DNA of 63,298 nt from Nitrososphaeraceae archaeon (GTDB lineage: Archaea; Thermoproteota; Nitrososphaeria; Nitrososphaerales; Nitrososphaeraceae): contig JBHENS010000001.1 of NCBI GenBank assembly GCA_046261955.1, forward strand, positions 1 through 63,298. The letters are read 5' to 3'. A program made the translations under genes and the position numbers. The notes under the pieces are model-generated. The model did no database searches. It had not been told where the DNA came from and saw nothing but the letters and a program-made list of their open reading frames with translations. This document shows, one piece after another, positions 20,773-30,475 of the stretch (its first letter is position 1; each line of letters starts with the position of its first letter).

Positions 20773-21966
20773 ATGTCACTAAATTCAGATGATCCCAACC
20801 ATTTCGCGAACATATACAATCGAACTATTTCTAATAAAGAGATAAGTATATTAGATTCAACACTCCGCGAGGGTGAGCAACATCCAGGAGTCTCATTTAC
20901 AAATAAACAAAGAATCCAAATTGCCTGGTTATTGGACTCATTTGGCGTAAATCAAATTGAAATCAGTCCAGTTGTTTCGCATGATCATTTTGAAGCAACT
21001 AAAACAATAATCAAGCAGGGTCTCAAAGCAGATATTTTGGCCCACGTAAGGGCGTTGAAATCTGATGTAGAAGTCGCTATAGATTGTAATGCAACGTGGG
21101 TTGCGACATATATGGGAATTTCAGACATACACCTTTCTACAAAACTAAAGATATCAAGAGAGGAAGCGAAAATCAGGGCACTTGAAGTTGCGGATTTTAT
21201 AAAATCTCATGGATTAAAGTCACGTTTTACGATGGAGGATGCAAGTAGGACGGATCCTTTGTTCTTAGTAGAAATGTGTAAAGAAATGAATTCGCGAGGA
21301 ATTGAAAGAATAAGCATTCCCGATACTGTTGGAATAATGCGTCCGCAAGGAATGTACAATCTGGTTAAGATGGTATATGATAGTATTGATACGAAAATTT
21401 CATCGCTAGATGTGCATTGCCATAACGATGTCGGATTAGCGCTGGCAAATGCACTTTCAGGATGTGAAGCAGGAGCCAATCAGATTCACACGACTATTGA
21501 TGGATTTGGCGAAAGAACTGGAATTCCATCCCTAGCGGAGACAGCGGTTGCTTTAAGCGTCATTTATGGAATTCCTAATGAGTTTAGACTGCATATGCTA
21601 AAGGACCTTTCAAGAACAATTGTATCGTATACACATATTGAAACTCCTGAATCCAAACCAATAGTCGGTGAAAGTGCGTATAAGCATAAAGCAGGCACGC
21701 ATTTGGCTGCGATTCTGCAAAATCCATCGGCATATGAGATTCTCGAACCTCGACTAGTTGGAAATAGAAGAAAAATTGTCTTTGGGGAATTGTCTGGTAA
21801 AAACGGCGCAGCTTATCTGCTCTCTTTGCTTGGACTTGAATCTACGAAGGTTGAAGCAGCAAAAATGGCAAAAGGTCTGAAAGAACTTCGTATGGGCGAT
21901 ATCTTGGAATTATACCTTGATGAAAGATTAGAAAGAAAAATACTTAACGATGCATTATCAAAGTAG
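20773..21966 (+). CDS. Homocitrate synthase (LeuA/DRE-TIM family, no regulatory domain)
   Basis: DSTLREGEQ, HCHND.G, HKAGTH; position in the lysine cluster. Confidence 0.82.
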   Translation: MSLNSDDPNHFANIYNRTISNKEISILDSTLREGEQHPGVSFTNKQRIQIAWLLDSFGVNQIEISPVVSHDHFEATKTIIKQGLKADILAHVRALKSDVEVAIDCNATWVATYMGISDIHLSTKLKISREEAKIRALEVADFIKSHGLKSRFTMEDASRTDPLFLVEMCKEMNSRGIERISIPDTVGIMRPQGMYNLVKMVYDSIDTKISSLDVHCHNDVGLALANALSGCEAGANQIHTTIDGFGERTGIPSLAETAVALSVIYGIPNEFRLHMLKDLSRTIVSYTHIETPESKPIVGESAYKHKAGTHLAAILQNPSAYEILEPRLVGNRRKIVFGELSGKNGAAYLLSLLGLESTKVEAAKMAKGLKELRMGDILELYLDERLERKILNDALSK

Positions 21967-21977
21967 AGGAGATAGTA

Positions 21978-22145
21978 ATGATAAAATGCACTGAATGTGA
22001 TGCAGAAATCAAAATTCCCGATGATGCAATGGAAAACGAAATTGTGACATGTCCTGATTGTGGTGCCAGTTATGAGTTAATAAAATCAAGCGATGGGTTT
22101 ACCATAAGACCTGCACAATCTGTCGGAGAGGATTGGGGAGAGTGA
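21978..22145 (+). CDS. lysW: LysW carrier protein (55 aa, canonical EDWGE end); missed by the ORF track
   Basis: Hand translation MIKCTECDAEIKIPDDAMENEIVTCPDCGASYELIKSSDGFTIRPAQSVGEDWGE; GAGGAG upstream. Confidence 0.95.
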   Translation: MIKCTECDAEIKIPDDAMENEIVTCPDCGASYELIKSSDGFTIRPAQSVGEDWGE

Positions 22146-23008
22146 AAGGAAATAACAATGAAACTTCTTTTTTCATCCTTTATGACCAACTAAGATGGGA
22201 AGAAAAATCGTTAATTGAAACTGCGAAGAAAAAAGATATCAAACTAGAAGTCATTAATTGTAGAGAAAATTCAATCGAGCTGGACAAAGACAAATCAATT
22301 TATGGTAATGACATCATCCTGCAGAGATGTGTAAGTTATTATAATAGTTTGCATTCAACTGCGGCCTTTGAGGGACTTGGAGCAAAGATGATAAATTCTC
22401 TTCATACTGCTGTTATGTGTGGAAATAAACTGTTTACTCATATGGAGTTGTCAAAATCTGGCATAGCTATACCGAAGGCATTTTGTGCCTTTTCCAATCA
22501 ATCTGCCATGAATATCCTAAATAAGAACGGATACCCAAAGGTTATCAAACCTGTGGTTGGTAGCTGGGGAAGAATGATAGCGTTACTAAAGGATAAAGAG
22601 GCAGCTGAAGCTGTGATGGAGGACAGAGAACATATGTATCCATTATATCATGTATTTTATTTTGAAGAATTTGTAAAAAGACCTCCCAGAGATATTAGAT
22701 GTATTGTAGTAGGAGAGAGGGTAGTTGCCGCGATCTATAGATACTCAGGAGACAATGAATGGAAGACTAACATGGCTCGTGGAGGAAGAGCAGAAGCTTG
22801 CAAAGTAACAAACGAAATGGAAGATCTTTGTTTAAGAGCAGCAAAGACAATGAAGGGGGAGATTTTGGGGGTGGATTTAATGGAAAGTGAAAATGGCCTA
22901 CTTGTGCATGAAGTAAACAATACTACAGAGTTTAAGAATACGGTAAGGGTAACTGAAGTAGATATTCCATCGCTTATTATTGATCATCTAATAAAATCCA
23001 ATAAATAA
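22142..23008 (+). CDS. lysX: Alpha-aminoadipate--LysW ligase
   Basis: GSWGR, WKTNMARGG, EFKNT LysX-type signatures; GTGA overlap with the lysW stop. Confidence 0.88.
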   Translation: MKGNNNETSFFILYDQLRWEEKSLIETAKKKDIKLEVINCRENSIELDKDKSIYGNDIILQRCVSYYNSLHSTAAFEGLGAKMINSLHTAVMCGNKLFTHMELSKSGIAIPKAFCAFSNQSAMNILNKNGYPKVIKPVVGSWGRMIALLKDKEAAEAVMEDREHMYPLYHVFYFEEFVKRPPRDIRCIVVGERVVAAIYRYSGDNEWKTNMARGGRAEACKVTNEMEDLCLRAAKTMKGEILGVDLMESENGLLVHEVNNTTEFKNTVRVTEVDIPSLIIDHLIKSNK

Positions 23009-23017
23009 TTAGCAAAA

Positions 23018-24145
23018 TTGATTTCTTCAGCATATGCGATTGAATTACTGAAAAAGGCTCTTGAAATATACACACCTTCTAGATCAGAAGCACAGTTAGC
23101 TAACTTGATAAAGGAAAAATGTTTGGATGATCTAGGATTTGAAAAAGTAAGTATTGATAGCGTTGGAAATGTAATTGCGACCAAGGGTAGCGGTAGTCCG
23201 AGGATTCTTTTATGTGGACATATGGACACCGTTCCAGGGCAAATACCGGTTAGAATTGATTCTGGTTTTCTCTTTGGCCGAGGAGCATCTGATGCCAAGG
23301 CCCCTCTTATATCCATGCTGCTTGCATGCTCGGAATTCAAGCAGATAGGAACGATCATATTTGCAGGAGTTGTTGATGAAGAAGGGAACGCTACAGGGAT
23401 TAAAGAGTTGGTCAAAAATAAATTGTCTGTTGACTACGCAATATTTGGAGAACCAAGTGGAATTGACAAAATTACTGTTTCGTATAAGGGAAGACTTGCA
23501 TTAAGACTTACATGCGATGTCCTAGATAGTGCGCATGCTAGTGCGCCGTGGCTATCGAAAAATTCTATCGAGGAGGTATATGAAGTTTGGAAAATGCTTA
23601 GCAATGAAATTTCATCAAAATACAATAAGACTGATAAAAAGAGTGAATCTGTGAGCCTTAGTCTAACAGAAATTTCGGGAGGTTCGAGTCATAATGTTAC
23701 ACCTCAAAAATGCAAGATTACGATTGACATCAGAGTACCAAATGGAGTAAAGTGCATAAAAGTACTGGATTCCTTGGATAATTCAATAAAGAATATTTCA
23801 GAAACAAGAAAGGTGAAAATTACTTATCGAGTCGAGGATATCACGGAACCGTTTGAAGCAGACCATTCGTCTCCCTTAGTTAGGGCGCTTTCGCTTTCAA
23901 TATTAGATGTTTGCAAAATTCACCCATTATTGCTTAGGAAGACAGGCACTGGAGATATGAACGTATTAGGAAACTCCCTAAAAATCCCCGTAGTAACGTA
24001 CGGACCTGGTGAACCTCATGTATCACATTCTAAGGATGAAAAAGTCGAAATACAGTCTTATCTAACAAGTATTGAAATTTACAATAGGGCCCTTTTTCAC
24101 ACCTCAAGGCTACACCATAATAAGAGGGTCAGCGGTACCAAATGA
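23018..24145 (+). CDS. lysK: LysW-lysine/ornithine hydrolase (M20 family)
   Basis: CGHMDTVPG, GRGASDAK, DEE, GTGDMN, YGPG. Confidence 0.92.
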   Translation: MISSAYAIELLKKALEIYTPSRSEAQLANLIKEKCLDDLGFEKVSIDSVGNVIATKGSGSPRILLCGHMDTVPGQIPVRIDSGFLFGRGASDAKAPLISMLLACSEFKQIGTIIFAGVVDEEGNATGIKELVKNKLSVDYAIFGEPSGIDKITVSYKGRLALRLTCDVLDSAHASAPWLSKNSIEEVYEVWKMLSNEISSKYNKTDKKSESVSLSLTEISGGSSHNVTPQKCKITIDIRVPNGVKCIKVLDSLDNSIKNISETRKVKITYRVEDITEPFEADHSSPLVRALSLSILDVCKIHPLLLRKTGTGDMNVLGNSLKIPVVTYGPGEPHVSHSKDEKVEIQSYLTSIEIYNRALFHTSRLHHNKRVSGTK

Positions 24146-24154
24146 ATTACTGAT

Positions 24155-25204
24155 ATGTTGTATTTGGTTGGAGCTGGAATTTATGATACTTTTGAAATGT
24201 GCAATTCAAACAGAATATTGAAAAGTTGTGATAGAATATACCTTGAGAGCTTCACATCGCCTATATCCGACAAATTTATCGACATTCTCAAAACAACTTT
24301 AGGACCAGAAAAAAACATCGAATTTGTTAAAAGATGGTTTGTAGAAGATGGCAGACAAATATTGGATGAGTCAAAGACATTAGATGTTGGATTGATAAGT
24401 TATGGAGATCCGACTATTGCAACAACCTTTACAGAATTAAGAATAAGAGCTATAAAAAATAACATAGATGTTAAGGTCGTACATGCTGCTTCAGGAATTA
24501 CATCTCTCGTAGGCGAATGTGGTTTACAAATCTACAAGATAGGCAAAATGGTTACGATGATGGAAGAAAAGCAATCTGCAATAAGCGTATATTCGACTGT
24601 CTTTAGCAATCTGAACGTGAACTGTCATACCATCATATTAACGGAGTACAGACAAGGCGATGATGGAAGTGTATTTTTCTTGAAACCAAATAATGTAATG
24701 TCAAGGTTACTCGATGTAGAGAAAGATATTATGTATGGTTTCGTTTCTGAAGATTCATTTTTGATTGTTCTTTCAAGAATTGGCACTGATGAGCAAAAGA
24801 TTTTCAGTGGTAAAATTAGATCACTGTTGGAATTAGAATACGGGAACGGTCCACATGCTATCATATTTCCTTCCAAATTTCATTTTACAGAAGAAGATGC
24901 GGTATTAAGTCTGACTGAAAATATTGATGCACCTACAGACAATACTGTAATGATAAAGAGCGTGTCAGATCACATGCTCAATAAATATGAGCCAATGATT
25001 CGAAATGAAATAAAGCAAATTAGAGAATCAATAGCTTCCCGAAATAGTATTAAGGCCCAAATAGAATTGCTGGAGAATGCAGAATTTTATCTCGATGATG
25101 CAGTTCAATTCTTTAGACAAGGAAAAAAGGAGCTTGCGATTTTGTCAATTGGATATGCAGATGGATTGGTTGATTCAATTAAACAAATGTTAGAAATTGA
25201 GTAA
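24155..25204 (+). CDS. dph5: Diphthine synthase with C-terminal DUF357-like domain
   Basis: LYLVGAG, YLESFTS, GDPTIATT; tail AEFYLDDA..F...G..ELAILSIGYADGLVD. Confidence 0.9.
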   Translation: MLYLVGAGIYDTFEMCNSNRILKSCDRIYLESFTSPISDKFIDILKTTLGPEKNIEFVKRWFVEDGRQILDESKTLDVGLISYGDPTIATTFTELRIRAIKNNIDVKVVHAASGITSLVGECGLQIYKIGKMVTMMEEKQSAISVYSTVFSNLNVNCHTIILTEYRQGDDGSVFFLKPNNVMSRLLDVEKDIMYGFVSEDSFLIVLSRIGTDEQKIFSGKIRSLLELEYGNGPHAIIFPSKFHFTEEDAVLSLTENIDAPTDNTVMIKSVSDHMLNKYEPMIRNEIKQIRESIASRNSIKAQIELLENAEFYLDDAVQFFRQGKKELAILSIGYADGLVDSIKQMLEIE

Positions 25205-25424
25205 AGTGTAAATCAGGTTTCATTATTGGATATTGCACATATCCGTTCATGATTACTGATGCCTAGTTAGCAAGTAATTTACTAAAACTGGAGATAAACT
25301 TGACACAAATCTACTAACTTTTGGTTTATCTATTTATCGAAATTGCGAGTATTATGTCTGCTATTTATCCTAACATATTGTTAGATTTCATAATTTTTTT
25401 ATAAGGGCTAAGTAAACAATAACC

Positions 25425-26024
25425 ATGAGTAATTTAAGATATTCACTGGCAGTCGGTGTAGCTATTTGGATTTTTGTTTTGATGGGTAATTTTGCTTTCG
25501 CACAAATTAGTTTTAGGACAGATTTGGCAGGAGAATCTGAAGTACCTCCCCTCTTCAGTGAATCCTATGGTAGTGCTCTTATAGTTGGTAACGATAGTAG
25601 TTTCACGTACCAGATAAATGCTACATCTCTAGACAAGGTTACAGGTGCGTTCTTGTACAAAGGTGTTCCGTCAGAGAATGGTCAAGTGCTTGTTTCATTC
25701 TTAAACTCAACTGAACCATCAGGCGTTATTGATGGTAAATTGGTTGAAGGGACAATAAATTCTTCAAGCATATTGGCGCCCTTAGCAAATCTGACAACTA
25801 ATGTCACTTTAGCTATACCAACTCCTAGCAATTTGACAAACGCAACATCAGTTGTTTCAACTGCCAATTTGACAAACGCAACATCAGCTGTTGCGACACC
25901 TAGCAAGTTGGAAGCATTGATCGACTTGATGAATCAAAATATGACCTATATCAATATCCACACCTCAGACTTTCCTGAAGGAGAGCTACGAGGAACATTG
26001 ACCTCGACAAACTCAACAGGATAA
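25425..26024 (+). CDS. Secreted CHRD-domain protein with Asn/Thr/Ser-rich insert
   Basis: Signal peptide (...FAFAQ), LAGESEVPP, YINIHTSDFPEGELRG. Confidence 0.85.
   Translation: MSNLRYSLAVGVAIWIFVLMGNFAFAQISFRTDLAGESEVPPLFSESYGSALIVGNDSSFTYQINATSLDKVTGAFLYKGVPSENGQVLVSFLNSTEPSGVIDGKLVEGTINSSSILAPLANLTTNVTLAIPTPSNLTNATSVVSTANLTNATSAVATPSKLEALIDLMNQNMTYINIHTSDFPEGELRGTLTSTNSTG
25829..25887 (+). repeat. 36-bp-period in-frame tandem duplication (23-bp identical core) in the CHRD gene
   Basis: CAATTTGACAAACGCAACATCAG at 25829-25851 and 25865-25887, encoding NLTNATS twice. Confidence 0.9.
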
Positions 26025-26118
26025 CTATTTTCTATTCCATACTTTTTTGTAATGCGCAGCTCGATCATTTCTGGATTATCAATTGCGGCAAAAGAATTTA
26101 AGATAACACTGCGCAATT

Positions 26119-26925
26119 ATGGTAATGTCGTTTTTTGAAAGTGATATAAAGGCCGTTTTTTCTAGTAAGAAATTTCCTATCTTACGGTCGCCTATTTTGA
26201 TTTGTGGATTTCCCGGAAGTGGGTATGTCGGCAAACTTGCAATAGATCATGTAATCAGTGAATTGGAGTGCACACATTTAGCAGATATTTATTCAAGTTC
26301 CTTTCCCCCGCAGGTTGTAATTAAGAATACAGGAACTGTGGAACTTATGAAAAATATCTTGTATTATGTTAAGGACAGTGGAAGCAAGCATGATTTTTTA
26401 TTTCTTACAGGAGATGCCCAACCGGTAAGTTCTAAAGTAGAATATTTGTTGGGAGAAGAAATAGTAAAAATCGCCAAAAATTTTGGGGTTACACAAATCA
26501 TAACTCTTGGGGCCTATATAACAGGAATGTTCGTCGAAACTCCCAGAATATTTGGTGTTGCTACAGATGATGATGGATTGAAACTCTTGAATTCATTCAG
26601 TATATCAAAAATAGATAATGGTAGTATCTCAGGAATGAACGGTATTCTATTGGGTATTGGTAAGATAAACAACCTAAATGGAATTAGTTTGCTGGGAGAA
26701 ACGTCAGGATATGTTATTGATGCGAATGCATCAAAGTATATTCTTAAAAAATTACTTACAATTGTCAATCTGGATATCAATATGGAAGATTTGGATAAGA
26801 AAGCAAAGGACACAATAATGTTGATAAAAAGTATAGAGCAGAGAATTGGCGATAAGAATGCGTCAAGCGACGATGTTCAGCAGATGGTTCAAAAGAAGCA
26901 GCCAGAAATTGGATACATTAGCTGA
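26119..26925 (+). CDS. PAC2-family proteasome assembly chaperone
   Basis: GFPGSGYVGKLA, FPPQV, GDAQP, LLGETSGY, C-terminal YIS. Confidence 0.87.
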   Translation: MVMSFFESDIKAVFSSKKFPILRSPILICGFPGSGYVGKLAIDHVISELECTHLADIYSSSFPPQVVIKNTGTVELMKNILYYVKDSGSKHDFLFLTGDAQPVSSKVEYLLGEEIVKIAKNFGVTQIITLGAYITGMFVETPRIFGVATDDDGLKLLNSFSISKIDNGSISGMNGILLGIGKINNLNGISLLGETSGYVIDANASKYILKKLLTIVNLDINMEDLDKKAKDTIMLIKSIEQRIGDKNASSDDVQQMVQKKQPEIGYIS

Positions 26926-26989
26926 TAATGTTGGAAAGTTAATTTTAGATAAAAGTTAGTGATACTAAATTTTAGAATGCGCCTAAAAA

Positions 26990-27289
26990 TTATAGTTTTA
27001 CAAGTTTTCCATAACGACCAATATTTAGACTATTTTCACCTCTAAATGATTGGGTATAACCATTTTCAATAGACACTTGATCGCCCTCAGTTACTATATT
27101 TATTTGGTCATTCCACAATGATAGTTTAATGCTGCCGCTTTCATCTGACAGGGTCGCATCTGCTACTTGTGCTGTCTCCCCATTTCTCAAATTCACAGTT
27201 CTAGGTTCATTTACTGATTCAATTTTACCTTTTACGTTTATACCTCGCATTCCAGCGTGCAATTCATTTATTTTAGTTTCCATCGCCAT
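26990..27289 (-). CDS. Single OB-fold ssDNA-binding protein (RPA/SSB)
   Basis: KINEL, DESGSIKLSLW, IENGY, LNIGRYG. Confidence 0.9.
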   Translation of the reverse strand: MAMETKINELHAGMRGINVKGKIESVNEPRTVNLRNGETAQVADATLSDESGSIKLSLWNDQINIVTEGDQVSIENGYTQSFRGENSLNIGRYGKLVKL

Positions 27290-27412
27290 TTGTCAATTAC
27301 ACACGCTTATTCCAATAATAAAGTTTCTGTATTTCAAAGCAGTCCAGACTTGCCAATCATGACATTTTTACCAGTAAAGGTGAAATAAGGAGTATAGAGT
27401 GACAGTGTTGTT

Positions 27413-27518
27413 GGAGGGATAGCGAAGCATGGTCAAACGCGCAGGACTCAAGATTTATTTGCAACCATGGGGGATCCCGTCCCTTAGGGGTTCGTGGGTT
27501 CAAATCCCACTCCCTCCA
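27413..27518 (+). tRNA. tRNA-Leu(CAA) with canonical 37/38 intron (27453-27473, 21 nt)
   Basis: Acceptor GGAGGGA/TCCCTCC+A, CT-CAA-G, BHB helix CTCA/TGGG, long variable arm, GTGGG-TTCAAAT-CCCAC. Confidence 0.9.
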
Positions 27519-27581
27519 TTTTAACTGGCGCCAATATTCGGAACTTTAATTAACAATTGAATATCTTTTCATTTTTGGTAA

Positions 27582-29045
27582 ATGGCATCGGTGTTAAGAG
27601 ATTATGACATTATTGTAGCTGGCGGAGGACTGGCCGGGATGATAGTTGCAACTTCTGCCGCTTATTATTCCAAACAATCTCTTAAAATCTTAGTTGGTGA
27701 TAGAAATCCATCACCGCAACTGGGGAAGAAGACAATCTCAGGATGGGTGTGTGGAGATGCTGTTGGAAAGAACAGCGTAGACTACATGACATCAAGGATA
27801 GGAATAAAGTGGCAAAGTCCAGAAATTGAACATCCGGTTAAAGGAGTAATTGCGTTCTCACCAGATCATGAAACATCAATTTCATTTGATGGAGAAGGAT
27901 ATATTCTAAATCGGAAAGTCTTGCCACAAAAACAGCTAAATGATGCACTAAATGTTGGTATAGAAATCAAGTACAATTTGGCATTAAGAAATGTGATAGC
28001 AGAAGACAACAGGGTTATAGGCGTAGAGGGAGAGGATCTAAAGACAAAATCTGTTTTCAAAAAAACATGCAAAGTGGTAGTCGACTGCACAGGAGTGACT
28101 TCGGTCCTACGAACAAATCTTCCAATTACAACCCACATTCAGAGGAAAATCAACAGAGATGATCTCGAAGCAACTGGCAGATACATTTACAATTTTGATA
28201 GAGAAGGTGAAGATAATTCGTACTTTGATCCTGATTACTGCCTTATTCATCTAGATCAAAATATTGCTCCTGGCGGATATGCGTGGGTATTCCCCAAGGG
28301 GAAAAATAAAGTGAACATAGGTCTTGGAGTTCAACAAAAAGCAATGGAAGAGCATAACAGAAAACAGGCTCAACGTAAGGATTTGAAGACAAAGATTGAT
28401 GATTACGTTAAATTGAATCCAGTAATAAGTAATCCAAAGATAGCAGACGGTGAAACAGATGATGGTAACAGCTGGGGAACATGGCAAGTTTCAGTGAGAC
28501 GTCAAAATGATTGTCTTGTAGCTAATGGATATATCCTCGTTGGTGATTCGGCATGGATGCCAAAGCCACTAGATGCCGGAGGAATTGGACCTGCGATTAT
28601 AGCGGCAACTATTGCGGGAAAAGATGCAGTGCAATCGATCCAAGCTAATGATTATTCCGAAGAATCGCTCTGGCAGTATAATTTGGATTTTGTTGATGCT
28701 TATGGTTACAAAACAGCAGGTCTCGAAGTGTTTAGGAGACTGCTTCAGAAATTATCAAATGATCAAATTAATTATGGAATGAAACACTTTCTCTCAAAGT
28801 TAGATGTTGAAAATATAACAAATGGGGAGCATCCAGAATTTGGCATGGTGTCCAAGCTCAATATGTTTATTCATGGGGCTCTGAATAAGAGTCTAGCAGA
28901 AGATCTAAAACACACAGCGGAAGTAAACAAGAAATTAGTCAATCATTACCATAATTATCCTACAAATCCAAGAGACTTTCCTGAATGGCAGAAGGGATTA
29001 ACCAAATTCATGTCCGATGCATTCATTAAGATGGGATGCGCGTAA
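27582..29045 (+). CDS. Geranylgeranyl reductase-family FAD-dependent oxidoreductase
   Basis: AGGGLAG, PGGYAWVFP, LVGDSA...PLDAGGI. Confidence 0.85.
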   Translation: MASVLRDYDIIVAGGGLAGMIVATSAAYYSKQSLKILVGDRNPSPQLGKKTISGWVCGDAVGKNSVDYMTSRIGIKWQSPEIEHPVKGVIAFSPDHETSISFDGEGYILNRKVLPQKQLNDALNVGIEIKYNLALRNVIAEDNRVIGVEGEDLKTKSVFKKTCKVVVDCTGVTSVLRTNLPITTHIQRKINRDDLEATGRYIYNFDREGEDNSYFDPDYCLIHLDQNIAPGGYAWVFPKGKNKVNIGLGVQQKAMEEHNRKQAQRKDLKTKIDDYVKLNPVISNPKIADGETDDGNSWGTWQVSVRRQNDCLVANGYILVGDSAWMPKPLDAGGIGPAIIAATIAGKDAVQSIQANDYSEESLWQYNLDFVDAYGYKTAGLEVFRRLLQKLSNDQINYGMKHFLSKLDVENITNGEHPEFGMVSKLNMFIHGALNKSLAEDLKHTAEVNKKLVNHYHNYPTNPRDFPEWQKGLTKFMSDAFIKMGCA

Positions 29046-29048
29046 TCG

Positions 29049-29696
29049 TTACTCGCGTTTAGTATTTTCTGAACCCATAATATTTTTTTCAAATTGTTCT
29101 ATTTTTTCTATCATTATACTTCTCCGCTTTTCCTCCGTGATTATTGCCCTAACATTTTCAATAAGAATTCTCGATACATCCAATTTCTTCCTTAATCCTG
29201 GCATTAAGTTATCATATACCGCCAGAGGATATATTGTGCCATAAATTTTATCCATTAACTCAAATAATGCATTTACATTTGAGGTACCTTCAGATCTAAT
29301 TTTGTCGATGATCATTCGCTTTATTTCCCCAATACAGTCCAAGAGTCCCATAACGTATGAAACATCGGATACTTCAAGTGATCTTTTGCCTGGAATAACA
29401 GAGTTTTCTCCAATTGAAAAAAGACAGTATGCCTCAACAAATTCTTGCTCTGCAATGTACAAATATTTTTGAAGATCATCTTTTCCCAGCTCCTTAAATT
29501 GTTTCAATAATTTTTTGGCCTTTTCGATATACTCAGTTGATTCATTTTTCTTATGAGAGTGCATAGAGACTATTGCTTTACTGCAGAGTATTGTAGCATC
29601 ACGAGTTCCCTTAATAATGGCATTCCTTCTCTCCTCTATATCCTTAAATTTTTTATTGATTTCCTCTATATCAGTTTGAACATTCGATAACATCAA
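29049..29696 (-). CDS. Translin-family nucleic-acid-binding protein
   Basis: QEFVEA, YVMGLLDCIGEIKR, LRKKLDV. Confidence 0.88.
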   Translation of the reverse strand: MMLSNVQTDIEEINKKFKDIEERRNAIIKGTRDATILCSKAIVSMHSHKKNESTEYIEKAKKLLKQFKELGKDDLQKYLYIAEQEFVEAYCLFSIGENSVIPGKRSLEVSDVSYVMGLLDCIGEIKRMIIDKIRSEGTSNVNALFELMDKIYGTIYPLAVYDNLMPGLRKKLDVSRILIENVRAIITEEKRRSIMIEKIEQFEKNIMGSENTKRE

Positions 29697-29836
29697 GAAT
29701 AATGGTTATTGCCAATATATTTAATAATTTTTGAAATGCTCACCAAAACATAATTTTAGAATAACTCTTGTGTAATATTTCGAAACATGTTTGTTCAAAA
29801 GTTTCATTCTTTCTGAATTAAATACTAGTACGTGGA

Positions 29837-30436
29837 ATGCAAAATATCTTGGTGTATCAGACACAGACCTACCAGACACTCGTACCTGCTAATAAAAGAA
29901 AAATGGAATATGGCTTAGAACAAGTTTACACCAGACTGAATAGGATTAGAAGAAATAGGGGTTATAGTTTTGAGCATGTGCTTGTACAAAAACTAAATGG
30001 CAGGGTCTGGAGTGCAAGACGTTTAGGAGGTTCTAGTGCAAACTTACCAGATATTATCGCCGTAAATAACAAAGAATCGATATTCTTGTCGATAGAAGCT
30101 AAATCGGGTACTGCAGATAGTCTTTACGTTCCATCTGATCAAATCCAAAGATGTTTTCAAATAAGAGACATGTTTCAGGTATACAAAACGGCCCATGTTA
30201 TTTTGGCCTTTAAATTTATGCAAAAAAAAAGAATAAGAGAAGAGGGAAAAACAGTTTATACCCACAGAAAGTTACAAGAATACTACAAAATAGCAGATCG
30301 ATATTCTAAGATGAAAGACCTACCAGTCATAAAATGTGCTTACGATGGTAGTACCTATGAAATAAGAAATAGCCAAGCGAGGAAATGTTTCCTAAAAGAC
30401 TACCTCATGCCTTTTAGCGTAAATTCAATTCTGTAA
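29837..30436 (+). CDS. Hjc-like PD-(D/E)XK nuclease (Holliday junction resolvase family)
   Basis: RGYSFE, RLGGSS, PDIIA, IEAKS. Confidence 0.75.
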   Translation: MQNILVYQTQTYQTLVPANKRKMEYGLEQVYTRLNRIRRNRGYSFEHVLVQKLNGRVWSARRLGGSSANLPDIIAVNNKESIFLSIEAKSGTADSLYVPSDQIQRCFQIRDMFQVYKTAHVILAFKFMQKKRIREEGKTVYTHRKLQEYYKIADRYSKMKDLPVIKCAYDGSTYEIRNSQARKCFLKDYLMPFSVNSIL

Positions 30437-30475
30437 CTCACAATTTTTATTTCTCGTTTATTCATCTAACAATTC

